From: a bacterium
Lineage (GTDB): Bacteria > Electryoneota > Electryoneia > Electryoneales > Electryoneaceae
Reading direction: 5' to 3'
NCBI GenBank assembly: GCA_963669175.1
Contig: OY769902.1
Span: 96,001 to 160,000 of the forward strand
DNA length: 64,000 bases
In this document: positions 20,965 through 30,361 of the stretch, one piece after another
Layout of the letters: the number at the start of each line of letters is the position of its first letter
Numbering within the stretch: the stretch's first letter is position 1
Program-made: the position numbers and the translations under genes
Notes under the pieces: generated by a model
The model's database searches: none
Seen by the model: only the letters and a program-made list of their open reading frames with translations
What the model was told of the DNA's origin: nothing

Positions 20965-22035
20965 TTAGGCAAACTTCTCTTTCAATAACGTATCTCGTAT
21001 CCACGCCGCAGCGCCATGCAGGGCGTTCTCGTACGGTTTCACCAGGCGCGGTCCCACCATTTTCTCCAACGTCAGATCGGTCGGTGGGTGCTCACGTTTC
21101 CTCGCAACTCCCGCTGGCAACATTTCGCCTTCAGCATCGAATGCTGATTCCGAATCCAGCAGGCCGGTTTCACCACCGGCATACTCATGCAGGGCGCTTC
21201 GAATACCTTCACGCAGATACCAGCCGCCACCCTCACAAACGCTACCGAGCATTGCGACCAGCAAATCCTCGTTGGGTAAGTTCAACTGCTGCGCAACCCG
21301 GACAGCCGTTTCACCAAGCATTTGTCCGGCTTGACGCATGATTCGTTGCGCCGCTTCATCTCCTTTTTCTGCAAGGTCCGGGACATGGGCGGCCAGATTA
21401 CTGATCCTGCCACGATTGAAATCGTCACGGTAGGCTATCGGGAAGAGCCCGTACGGCTCATCCACGCCGAACTCGTCCAGTAGCAGCGAAGTCAGCTCTG
21501 TTGATGTTCCGCTTTCATGAGCGAAGAGGACCTCACGCACCACCTCCCGCCCGATCCACCAGCCGCTGCCATCATCGCCCAGCATCCAGCCCCAACCGCC
21601 TGCACGAGCTTCTCTGCCTTCCGAATTACGACCATAAGCGATGGACCCGGTCCCCGAGGTGAGCAATACTCCCGGTCCGCCTTCAAACGCCCCATACTGG
21701 GCAATGAAAGCGTCATGATGCACTATAATACGGCTGTTGGGCCAACGTAATTTCAGGATACGTTTGACTTCCGCGCGCGCGTCTTCCGCCCCTGCCCCGG
21801 CAATCCCAATCCCGATCCCTGCCGGGTCATCAGGACGAAACTTCGAGGCGAGGTAAAGCAGACGCACCAGCTCCGCCAGGACAACGCCAACGTCATACGG
21901 TTCACCCTGGCGCAGGTTGAAACCTTCGCCCGATACTTCTTTAAACACCTCGCCGGACAGGTCACCCAGCAGGGCTTTGGTGGAAGTTGCGCCCATATCG
22001 CAGGCAACAATCAGCCGTTGGCGCATCTCAGGCAT
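20965..22035 (-). CDS. BadF/BadG/BcrA/BcrD-family sugar kinase (N-acetylglucosamine/MurNAc kinase-like)
   Basis: DMGATST, GIAGAG, HDA, SGTGS and AGGWGWMLGDDGSG motifs. Overlaps the GT2 stop. Confidence 0.9.
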   Translation of the reverse strand: MPEMRQRLIVACDMGATSTKALLGDLSGEVFKEVSGEGFNLRQGEPYDVGVVLAELVRLLYLASKFRPDDPAGIGIGIAGAGAEDARAEVKRILKLRWPNSRIIVHHDAFIAQYGAFEGGPGVLLTSGTGSIAYGRNSEGREARAGGWGWMLGDDGSGWWIGREVVREVLFAHESGTSTELTSLLLDEFGVDEPYGLFPIAYRDDFNRGRISNLAAHVPDLAEKGDEAAQRIMRQAGQMLGETAVRVAQQLNLPNEDLLVAMLGSVCEGGGWYLREGIRSALHEYAGGETGLLDSESAFDAEGEMLPAGVARKREHPPTDLTLEKMVGPRLVKPYENALHGAAAWIRDTLLKEKFA

Positions 22036-23512
22036 GCCACGGTCCCTCGTGTCTGTTCAGCTTCCGGCGACGATTTACTGCATTGGTGCGAGCCAGTGTC
22101 TTGGCTTTGATCTTGTCCGCCGGTTGACGCAGAGCATCGGTGTTGTCAGGGTGCCTGCGATAACGATAGCTGACATCGTGTACGCGGAGAACGTCATATT
22201 TCTCTCCGGCTTTCAGCACCAGGTCATAATCTTCACCATAATTCGGGAAGTCTGTTTCCTGGAAACCACCGAATTCCTGGATCACGCTCTTGTGCCAGCA
22301 ACGTAATGCCCCGGCCCCGTCAACGCGCATGATGTTGTTCAGGTTATATTCAAGGTGCTTGATCACCCCGAACTCTTCCAGTACCGTCCCGGCTTCATCC
22401 ATCAACTCGTAATAACTGATAGCAAGCCCGGCTTTCGGGTGACGTTCCAGATGATCAACCATTTTCTCAAGGGTATGCGGCACGTATTCATCATCGGAGT
22501 CAAGCTGCGCGATATAGCGCCCACGTGCCGCTCGGACGCCCATGTTCAACGCTTTAGCGATCACGTTGACATCATTCTTCAGCAACTTGATTCGGTCATC
22601 TTTCCGTGTGTATTCCTCAACCACTTCGATCGTATTGTCCGTGGAAGCATTATCGACAACGATGATCTCGAAGTTCTGCAACGTGCCGCGCAGCACGGAT
22701 TCTATCGCCAGGGGAATGAAACGCGCGCGGTTAAAAACGGGGATGACGACTGTGACAATAGGATCATTCTCCCCGACAGGGGCGGGTGTCACCGTATTGT
22801 CCCTTTCAGCAAGGAAAGCGCCACGTCGTTTCAGGCAATTGTAGAAAACCTCTTCTGTCTCCTTCTCCTCTTCCGGTTTCATAAACAGGTAGCTGAAGCC
22901 GCCGAAAGCGCCTTTCCCGGGAAAGAACAGAGCGTCCGCCTTGCTGCTTTTTTCCTCTTCCGGGGGATCAATGCGGTAGGTGGACTTCTGAATATGCGCA
23001 ACTTCGCCGATTTCAGCCAGCTTCAAGCGTAAATCGTAAAACGTGGTATATTTCAACGTCGGATCTGCGCCGCCAATCTTCCGCAGCGCCCGCCCGGGCA
23101 ATCCCCAGATCGCGCCCCAGTCTTCACGTTCAGTCAAATCATCTCGAAGAGGATACAAACTGATTTCATCCGTTCCCATGGTATAATCCGATACGATCAG
23201 CGAGGCATTCGGATTTGCTATGAACGCATCCATGAACGCCTGCTTGATACCGGGTTGGGGACGTGTGCCCGGTGGAATCCACAAATACAGGTCAGCGCCA
23301 TGATTGTGCCGTGCCGCCTCGATCAAGCCACCGATAGTCGGCTCATTCCACTCAACCGCCTTTACGTCAGGCCCGACAGGCGCCTCTTCACCATCATGAC
23401 GACCATACAGAACTGGCAGACGACACTGGCGCAATGACATCAACGTACAGACTACTTTATCAGGCTTGGCGCCCGAAGCTGGAAGCAGTGCGTAAATAAT
23501 GGGTTCCGGCAC
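22028..23512 (-). CDS. Glycosyltransferase family 2 with a degenerate N-terminal GT-A-like domain and an intact C-terminal GT2 domain
   Basis: VVIPVFNR, IVVDNASTD, LDSDD and GEDYDL motifs. Confidence 0.92.
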   Translation of the reverse strand: MPEPIIYALLPASGAKPDKVVCTLMSLRQCRLPVLYGRHDGEEAPVGPDVKAVEWNEPTIGGLIEAARHNHGADLYLWIPPGTRPQPGIKQAFMDAFIANPNASLIVSDYTMGTDEISLYPLRDDLTEREDWGAIWGLPGRALRKIGGADPTLKYTTFYDLRLKLAEIGEVAHIQKSTYRIDPPEEEKSSKADALFFPGKGAFGGFSYLFMKPEEEKETEEVFYNCLKRRGAFLAERDNTVTPAPVGENDPIVTVVIPVFNRARFIPLAIESVLRGTLQNFEIIVVDNASTDNTIEVVEEYTRKDDRIKLLKNDVNVIAKALNMGVRAARGRYIAQLDSDDEYVPHTLEKMVDHLERHPKAGLAISYYELMDEAGTVLEEFGVIKHLEYNLNNIMRVDGAGALRCWHKSVIQEFGGFQETDFPNYGEDYDLVLKAGEKYDVLRVHDVSYRYRRHPDNTDALRQPADKIKAKTLARTNAVNRRRKLNRHEGPWHA

Positions 23513-23572
23513 AAGATTCTCCCTGTTGAGAGGTTGGTGAATGGATACCGCTAAGGTAAAAATCCGGAGAGC

Positions 23573-23605
23573 AAAAAAACACCCCCGAAACCGTGATTCC
23601 GGGGG
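23573..23605 (-). terminator. Intrinsic terminator
   Basis: CCCCCGGAA...TTTCGGGGG stem followed by TGTTTTTTT on the minus strand. Confidence 0.75.
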
Positions 23606-23629
23606 ATGATATGGATAGCTGAAAGCAGC

Positions 23630-24106
23630 TTAAATCGAAAACTCGTCTTTGTCGTAATCGCTGTATTCCGGAATCGGAATACCGCGCTTCACTTCCGAAG
23701 CCCAGATGTCTTCCAGGATCGGACGCGCCATTTCAGCTCCGATCTTTGTATAGAGGAAGAACTTATTGCCCCATTGAGCAACCTGTTTATTGTTCTTCAA
23801 GGCGATGTCAACATCAATAGCAGTTGGCAACCTGCGATAGGCTTTGCCCACCACGTAGACTGCGCTGCCGAACTCGTTGCGACGTAAGATGTAGTTCTGA
23901 CCGTAGAGACGCTTGTAGTCGTTGGCCCGGACAAAATGCGGCTTCGGAATACGTTTTTCAAAGAGTTGCGCCAGTTTCTTCTTCTTGGCGTCCTCATCAA
24001 GATCGGCTAAATTCAAACGCTTTTTACCGCGATCGTGGTCAACACGTTGATCAACAATCTGGTTAACCCGATCGCGCTTTTCCTGTGAATCTTTGGGATG
24101 GTTCAT
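23630..24106 (-). CDS. Hypothetical basic protein (158 aa)
   Basis: GGGAG RBS, host-like codon usage, followed by a terminator. No recognisable motif. Confidence 0.75.
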   Translation of the reverse strand: MNHPKDSQEKRDRVNQIVDQRVDHDRGKKRLNLADLDEDAKKKKLAQLFEKRIPKPHFVRANDYKRLYGQNYILRRNEFGSAVYVVGKAYRRLPTAIDVDIALKNNKQVAQWGNKFFLYTKIGAEMARPILEDIWASEVKRGIPIPEYSDYDKDEFSI

Positions 24107-24373
24107 GGACTCTCCCGTGCTGGTTGCTTTCTACAGAGCAGAACTTACGCTCAACTCCCTGAAATCGCAAGAGCTACCATTGCACGGAGACACTGGGTAA
24201 ACCTATATGCCGCTTTAACATTCAACGATTTTTTCAATGGCAGGAGACTCCGTTACCTGGTAGTCGTGAAAAGATTTTCTGGATTGATGCAGGAACAAGC
24301 GAAAATCTCACAGGGAACCTCATATATTCCTGATCAAGTTCATAACACCATGATTCACCAGGGCAGGCAAGCC

Positions 24374-24901
24374 ATGCACAAACTGGTTACAGCTTTTATT
24401 GTCTTGTTGTTTTTGATAGCAGCAAGCTTTTCATTCGCCCAGGAGGAAACACCCATGAATGTTGATCCCAAGGTTGACGGTAAACTCAATTTCTTTAAGC
24501 GCATCATAGGTTCTCCCGCCACAAAACCTCCACGGGATACGGGCTGCTGGCATGTGGAAGGAAACAAGCTGATCGTTGAACTGAAGCGTGCCCCGGAACT
24601 GAACGAAATCGGCGGCGCTATCCGTCTGGAGAGTGATGAGCTGTCAACACGTGTGCTGCTCTTCCGTGGCGATGACAACCAGCTCCACGCCTTCTGTAAC
24701 AAGTGTACCCATGCGGGACGTCGCCTCGATCCTGTCCCCGGAGCAGGAACTGTCCAATGCTGCTCCGTTGGACGCACGACCTGGGATTACGAAGGTAACA
24801 CACTTCGCAATGAAGAGAACGCACACGCTACAGTCTTTCCGCTTGTGGAAAACGATGGTTTTGTAACCATCACGTTGGAAGGTACGGACGAAGCGAAGTA
24901 G
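24374..24901 (+). CDS. Exported Rieske-like domain protein with a non-canonical second ligand box
   Basis: Signal peptide MHKLVTAFIVLLFLIAASFSFA. Box 1 is CTHAG; box 2 reads QCCSVG...WDYEG. Confidence 0.75.
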   Translation: MHKLVTAFIVLLFLIAASFSFAQEETPMNVDPKVDGKLNFFKRIIGSPATKPPRDTGCWHVEGNKLIVELKRAPELNEIGGAIRLESDELSTRVLLFRGDDNQLHAFCNKCTHAGRRLDPVPGAGTVQCCSVGRTTWDYEGNTLRNEENAHATVFPLVENDGFVTITLEGTDEAK

Positions 24902-24939
24902 TACCGTTCGGCAGATGAAAACTCGATAATGTGGTAAAG

Positions 24940-25323
24940 CCTGGACGAAAAGGGGACGGAATCCTTGTATGTCATTCCCATTCCCATGTCATCCCCGGCT
25001 TGAACGGGGATCTCGAAGTTCGGAAAAGGAAGCTGTACCCTTTTCGCAGTGAGACAACTGAAACACACGATGTGCAAGTATTGTCCATCTCCCGAGTTGC
25101 TTCCTGTATACATCACAGCGGGAAAAACCTGCAAACATAGTTGACACTTTGGGGATTCCTGCATCATATGTGGCAAGTCGGGCCATGCGGGCAAGAGTGT
25201 TATTCCACTCTCATTCGGTCGGGTGGCCCGATCCGCAAGTGATTGATTTTCCATAGCTGTTGCCGCCAGAATACTCCCACACAAGCAAATCGAATCGCTT
25301 CACTCCGAGCGCATCGGGACTGA
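24940..25323. repeat. ~380-bp composite direct repeat, copy 1 (AAAAGGGGAC palindrome pair, GTCATCCCCGGCTTG hairpin, 99-nt doublet)
   Basis: Near-identical to 28453-28832. An internally shortened copy lies at 28068-28313. Confidence 0.95.
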
Positions 25324-25397
25324 GAAGAAGATACCGGCAAAAGTGATCAGTCGCTTCGCTTCAGCGTGTTTCAAGCCGTCGGGGCCAAGTTCTTTCA

Positions 25398-27389
25398 CTA
25401 CTTCACATAAAACAGCTTTCGTGTCGTAGTCCAGCCCAGATCATTGGTCAGGGCAAGCAAATACAGTCCTGACGCCCCTTCCGGCGTCCAGGTGAAACCA
25501 CGATACCCGCGTTCCACCGATCCACTCGCCAACACCGCCACCTCACGTCCCAGCACATCATAGACAGCCGCATGCAACTCGCATGGTTGCGGCACAGCTA
25601 CCACGATTCGAGCCGATGCGTTGAAAGGATTCGGATAAAGCTCCTTGATAGCGAACTCCGTGGGCAACCCATCGTCCGTTTCCGGCATAAAATCCTCGAC
25701 AACAACAAAGCTGTTGGTTGTTGTGGACCACGCTTCCAGTGTCAACGGATCACGCACCCGGACACGCCACCAGGTAAACTCGTTCTGCGGAAAATCCGGC
25801 ACAACAAGGACCGTATCATTAACGATCAGCGTAGTATCGGCATTGGTAAACGACGGATTGTTCGCGATCTCAACACGGTACGTCAAGTCATCTTCTTCGT
25901 TGGCATCAAAAGATGGTTGCCAGCGGAACACCACCGTATCCCCAACAACGATCTCGTTTTCCGAAGGAAATACCAAATCGAACGATTGTGGCGGTAGCCA
26001 GGGAGTACAAGGCTCGGTTTCGAAAGGTATCACGTCCGTATCTATCGCAACTGTATCCCCCAATCCATCCGGATTCTGTGCAGCTTGATACGGCCCGCTC
26101 GGATCACCCCAGTAGTTATAGAAAACATCCAACTGGCTGTATTCCGGGTATTCCCGTTCTTGGGCAGCCGCAGGACCGTTTTGATAATAAAAGTCGTTAT
26201 AACAAAGCGTTAGATTCGAGTTTAATGCAGCGCCAACACATGCATTGTAGAACAAGCGATCACTGTAGCAAGAATAGTTCTGGTTTCGTATATAAAGATT
26301 GTGATGTCCATGTGCTAACACTTCTGGATCATTACCATGAAATGCATATGAACCGCTGCTTTGGCAACCCATGTTTAAAAGAAATATATTATGATGAAAT
26401 TCATAACTACCGAGAATACCCATAGCCGCAGCATCACCATTTGTATAATTATGAATGAAAGTATTATATGAACATATAACAGAATCTATTGCTGCATTTA
26501 GCCATAATCCACCACCAGCTCCCATGCGCCCGTTGTCAAAATCCCTCTCTGCATAATTACTGTCAAAATAGTTACTGTCTATTCTACAAAACACCATATT
26601 CATAACACTTAAGCCACCTCCAACAGCTGATTCGTTTTCTAGAAAACGATTGTTGACTATGGTCCAGCTTCCTCGAGTAATGGAACCATAAATATCTGCT
26701 CCACCACCAATATTTTTTGACCAGTTATTAACAAAGGTATTCCCGCGAAGTGTGCCGGACGAAGATCCTGACGCCAACCCACCACCTTCAAGAGACGAAG
26801 CTATATTATTAATAAACCTGTTGTTAACTACACAATAGGTTCCCCTGTCGATTCCCAATCCGCCACCATTTGTTGTTGAAGTGTTGTTGCTGAAAGCGCA
26901 ATTGGTGATTTCTCCATCACATCCCCAGAGTGAAGCGCCGCTCCCTCTGTTAGCGGAGTTGGACTCAAAGTGGCAATGCTCCAATATGACTGTTGAGTAG
27001 CGTGCCCTGAAACCACCTCCATACCCGTTTGTTACTTCACCACCCGCCAGAGTTAATCCGACAAGCCGAAATGTGCCTTCGAGAGAATCAGCCAGCGTAA
27101 GAGGGCGGTTGGTGCTGTCCGGGTCAAAATTGCATACGATGCGGGTGTTGGAGATGTGTTGCTCCAGGCTATCCTGCAGAAATAGAGATGCTAAGGTGAG
27201 ATCCTGTGTTGTAATAATGACTCGCTCGATATACTCGCCTTCCGCGACTAGAATTGTGTCGCCAACTACGGAATGATCAACAGCTTCTTGAATTGTAAGA
27301 TAGTCCGCGGGAACAGACAGTATCGTTCCCATTCCTGCAGAACTCACAGTCAGTACAACCAATATGCCGAATTGAGCTATTCTTCGCAT
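25398..27389 (-). CDS. Secreted right-handed beta-helix protein with an FN3-like domain and a YPNPFN C-terminal sorting domain
   Basis: Signal peptide, 'VPADYLTIQEAVD...GDTILVAEGEY' cap, N..GGG repeats, NYWGDPSGP, and LYPNPFN...VYDVLGREV...SGLY. Confidence 0.9.
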   Translation of the reverse strand: MRRIAQFGILVVLTVSSAGMGTILSVPADYLTIQEAVDHSVVGDTILVAEGEYIERVIITTQDLTLASLFLQDSLEQHISNTRIVCNFDPDSTNRPLTLADSLEGTFRLVGLTLAGGEVTNGYGGGFRARYSTVILEHCHFESNSANRGSGASLWGCDGEITNCAFSNNTSTTNGGGLGIDRGTYCVVNNRFINNIASSLEGGGLASGSSSGTLRGNTFVNNWSKNIGGGADIYGSITRGSWTIVNNRFLENESAVGGGLSVMNMVFCRIDSNYFDSNYAERDFDNGRMGAGGGLWLNAAIDSVICSYNTFIHNYTNGDAAAMGILGSYEFHHNIFLLNMGCQSSGSYAFHGNDPEVLAHGHHNLYIRNQNYSCYSDRLFYNACVGAALNSNLTLCYNDFYYQNGPAAAQEREYPEYSQLDVFYNYWGDPSGPYQAAQNPDGLGDTVAIDTDVIPFETEPCTPWLPPQSFDLVFPSENEIVVGDTVVFRWQPSFDANEEDDLTYRVEIANNPSFTNADTTLIVNDTVLVVPDFPQNEFTWWRVRVRDPLTLEAWSTTTNSFVVVEDFMPETDDGLPTEFAIKELYPNPFNASARIVVAVPQPCELHAAVYDVLGREVAVLASGSVERGYRGFTWTPEGASGLYLLALTNDLGWTTTRKLFYVK

Positions 27390-27406
27390 AGTTATTCCCT
27401 ATGGTG

Positions 27407-27443
27407 AAAAACCGGCTCTGTTCTACATATTTACAGAGCCGGT
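27407..27443 (-). terminator. Terminator/attenuator between the 128-aa and 663-aa genes
   Basis: ACCGGCTCTGT...ACAGAGCCGGT stem followed by a T-run, ending about 17 nt before the next ATG. Confidence 0.75.
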
Positions 27444-27459
27444 CTAATTTCAGGAAGAA

Positions 27460-27846
27460 CTAATTACTCAACAGTTCGAGGAAGAAATGCACTTGAGCGT
27501 AAGTTGGTTGTTCGTTTCCTGTACTAACAAGCTGAACCCATGTCCAGTCATCAATGTTAATAGGACAATTGTCCAACCAGCACGTTGTTCCGTTGACTAG
27601 GGCATCATGGGAAAATTGCCAATTAAAGCCATCATCAAGATAAGAAGTACAATGCCACTGCCCTGCAAACCCATAAGGTGTAGTTGCAGTTTTTAATGTA
27701 TTGTCATCACCAAGATCTGTACTCAATGGCACCTGATACGTTGCTTCTGCCGCAGGACGTGTATTTGACCAGGAATCCGATAATACCGGCAGTGCAATCA
27801 GCGCTACCACGAGTAACCCAAGTACGACTTTCGTCATCGTTTTCAT
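27460..27846 (-). CDS. Small secreted hypothetical protein (128 aa, three Cys)
   Basis: GGAGGT RBS and signal peptide MKTMTKVVLGLLVVALIALPVLS. Confidence 0.85.
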   Translation of the reverse strand: MKTMTKVVLGLLVVALIALPVLSDSWSNTRPAAEATYQVPLSTDLGDDNTLKTATTPYGFAGQWHCTSYLDDGFNWQFSHDALVNGTTCWLDNCPINIDDWTWVQLVSTGNEQPTYAQVHFFLELLSN

Positions 27847-27922
27847 GATGACCTCCCAATGTAGGATAGAATAGTGGCCTCATGCCACTTGAATAATCGA
27901 TTTCTTGAAATAAAACGCTCTT

Positions 27923-27955
27923 AAGATACCCCCCCCCCCCCATATGCGATGTCAA
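27923..27955 (-). promoter_or_regulatory. Sigma70-type promoter with a G13 tract in the -35/-10 spacer
   Basis: Minus strand reads TTGACA-tcgcatat-G13-TATCTT, a 21-nt spacer, about 75 nt upstream of the ATG. Confidence 0.7.
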
Positions 27956-28067
27956 GTAAAAATGTGTAAAAATCCAGATTTTTTATGGAACGCCGGTACA
28001 AGGGCTCTACGAGAATGATGCTTTCTGGTGAGTAATGATGTTTAGAGGAGACAGGAAATGATGAAGT

Positions 28068-29033
28068 CTGGACGAAAAGGGGACGGAATCCTTGTATGTC
28101 ATTCCCATTCCCATGTCATCCCCGGCTTGAACGGGGATCTCGAGGTTCGGAAAAGGAAGCTGTACCCTTTTCGCAGCAGAGAAACGTAAACACTGGAAAC
28201 AGAATAGAGACGGTTGGCCGATGCGCATGTGATTAATTTTCCATAGCTGATACCGCCAGAATTCTCACACACAAGCAAGACCTATCGCATCACTCCGAGC
28301 ACATCGGGACTGAGCGAAAGACACCTGCAAAAGGGGACAGTCACCTTTTCGATTACCGTATCATGAAACCTCACCAACGCGCGACGAAAAGGAAACAGTC
28401 CCCTTTTGCTGCAACCTTTTTTTACACTCAAGTAGCCAATGGAGTGATAAAACCTGGACGAAAAGGGGACGGAATCCTTGTATGTCATTCCCATTCCCAT
28501 GTCATCCCCGGCTTGAACGGGGATCTCGAAGTTCGGAAAAGGAAGCTGTACCCTTTTCGCAGTGAGATGACTGAAACACACGATGTGCAAGTATTGTCCA
28601 TCTCCCGAGTTGCTCCCTGTATACATCACAGCGGGAAAAACCTGCAAACATAGTTGACACCTTGGGGATTCCTGCATCATATGTGGCAAGTCGGGCCATG
28701 CGGGCTAGAGTATTATTCCACTCCCTTTCGGGTGGCCCGATCCGCAAGTGATTGATTTTCCATAGCTGATACCGCCAGAATTCTCACACACAAGCAAGAC
28801 CTATCGCATCACTCCGAGCGCATCGGGACTGAACAGAAGACTCCGCAAAAAGGGACAGCCACCTTATGAAACCCGACAGCAAGCAGTCGGGCCAAGCGCG
28901 CTCTACGTGAAAAGGAACCAATCCCCTTTTGCTGCAACCTTACTACAGGCGGACTGATGCTCTATGTAGAATAAACCCCGCCGGGCAGCTGCTTCCGCTT
29001 CGCTTCAGCGTTCTTCAAGCCGTCGGGGCCAAA
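28068..29033. repeat. Mosaic of composite repeats: short copy 28068-28313, palindrome pair 28310-28417, full copy 28453-28832, GGCCCCG element to 29033
   Basis: Direct matches to 24940-25323 and inverted matches to 13479-13680. Confidence 0.92.
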
Positions 29034-29047
29034 ACTGAAACGTACCC

Positions 29048-29722
29048 CTACCGTCCCATCATCAGGCGATCAGCGAGAAAGCCGGGCAGTCCGGCATCGA
29101 GAATCGCCTTGGCAGCAGTTTTGATCTCGTAGTCGAGACGCACCAGTTTACGCGCACCGGTCACGTTATCGAACAGCGTATACGCGGCTTTCGGGTTACC
29201 GTCACGTGGTTGTCCGGCAGAGCCGACATTGATCAGACGGCCAGAGCGGGTACGATGATCGTTGGGGACGTGAGTATGCCCGATAAAGGCGGTAGGGCAG
29301 GGTGAGACTTCCATGGCGTAGGCGGCATCGAGGTCGGTGAAAACATAGGGCCATCCCTCCGGGGTGCGTGGGCTGGCGTGGCAAAAAAATAAGCTCTGTT
29401 CTTTGTGGGTATAGGGAAGGTTCTTCAGGTATTCCGTGTTCTCGTCGGTCAGGGTTTCGCCGGTCCAGACCGCAGCACGGTGCGCATACTGGTTGAACCA
29501 GGTGATGTCCTGCAACCCGACGGCAGCGTGATCATGGTTCCCGGCCAGTACCACATCAGACACCTCTCTGACCGCATCGACCACTTCATTCGGATGGGCG
29601 CCGTACCCGACCAGGTCACCCAGGCAGATCACCTTGTCGGGTTTGTGACATAAAATATCCTCAAGAACAGCCTCAAGGGCGTTCATGTTGCCATGAATGT
29701 CCGAAAACAACGCAAACAGCAT
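29048..29722 (-). CDS. Metallophosphoesterase family protein
   Basis: SDIHGN, GDLVGYG, GNHD, HASP, GHTH and NVGSAGQPRDG motifs. Confidence 0.93.
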   Translation of the reverse strand: MLFALFSDIHGNMNALEAVLEDILCHKPDKVICLGDLVGYGAHPNEVVDAVREVSDVVLAGNHDHAAVGLQDITWFNQYAHRAAVWTGETLTDENTEYLKNLPYTHKEQSLFFCHASPRTPEGWPYVFTDLDAAYAMEVSPCPTAFIGHTHVPNDHRTRSGRLINVGSAGQPRDGNPKAAYTLFDNVTGARKLVRLDYEIKTAAKAILDAGLPGFLADRLMMGR

Positions 29723-29726
29723 GATC

Positions 29727-30281
29727 TTACTCCTGCTGTGCGGGGGGCTTCACATTATTTTTCTTTTTTCGCGGGTTTTTCGAACCGGAGGCATTGGGAT
29801 TGCCCTTGCCTTTTCCGGAAGTGTTGTTCGACTCAAATACACTGTTGTTCTTGATCTTGCGGATCTCTAATTCCCGCTCGTTATAGATGGCATCCAGGAT
29901 ACCATTGATAAACCGGCCGGATTGATCGGTTGAATACTCTTTTGCCAGCTCGATCGCCTCGTTGATCGAGACTTTCGGCGGCACATCTTTCAGGTAGAAC
30001 AGCTCGCACAAAGCCAGTCGAAGAATCAACTGATCGAGCAGGGCGATACGTTCCAAGTCCCAGCGTTCCGCCTTGGTACGTATCATCTCCAACAGTTCCT
30101 GCTTGTGCTGCACCGCCAATACGACCTGGTTACGTCCGAAATCCAGGTAGCGCTGTTCTCCTCCGATCACCAGTTCATCAAATGCCTGCCGTGGCTCGTG
30201 TTTACCTATCTCCACGGCATAGAGCACCTGCAACGCTCTTTCGCGAGCTTCGTGACGGCTGTTTGCGTTGCCGGCTTCCAT
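29727..30281 (-). CDS. nusB: Transcription antitermination factor NusB
   Basis: [14 protein letters not shown]...RI..LD..ILR, and [14 protein letters not shown]...FINGILD. Confidence 0.96.
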   Translation of the reverse strand: MEAGNANSRHEARERALQVLYAVEIGKHEPRQAFDELVIGGEQRYLDFGRNQVVLAVQHKQELLEMIRTKAERWDLERIALLDQLILRLALCELFYLKDVPPKVSINEAIELAKEYSTDQSGRFINGILDAIYNERELEIRKIKNNSVFESNNTSGKGKGNPNASGSKNPRKKKNNVKPPAQQE

Positions 30282-30308
30282 TTTACTATTGAATCTCCTG
30301 GATGAATG

Positions 30309-30349
30309 AAAAAAAGCGTACCCTGCAAACCCTCTGTTGCAGGGTACGC
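30309..30349 (-). terminator. Intrinsic terminator after ilvE
   Basis: 13-bp stem GCGTACCCTGCAA/TTGCAGGGTACGC followed by T7. Confidence 0.85.
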
Positions 30350-30361
30350 AGAAAGAGCAAG

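Noticed and set aside
24787-28747. Duplicated small ORFs in the track (24787-25284, 24931-25140, 28007-28228, 28282-28689, 28363-28653, 28502-28747)
   Set aside because: They are translations of the non-coding composite repeat, open in several frames with no convincing RBS or domain.
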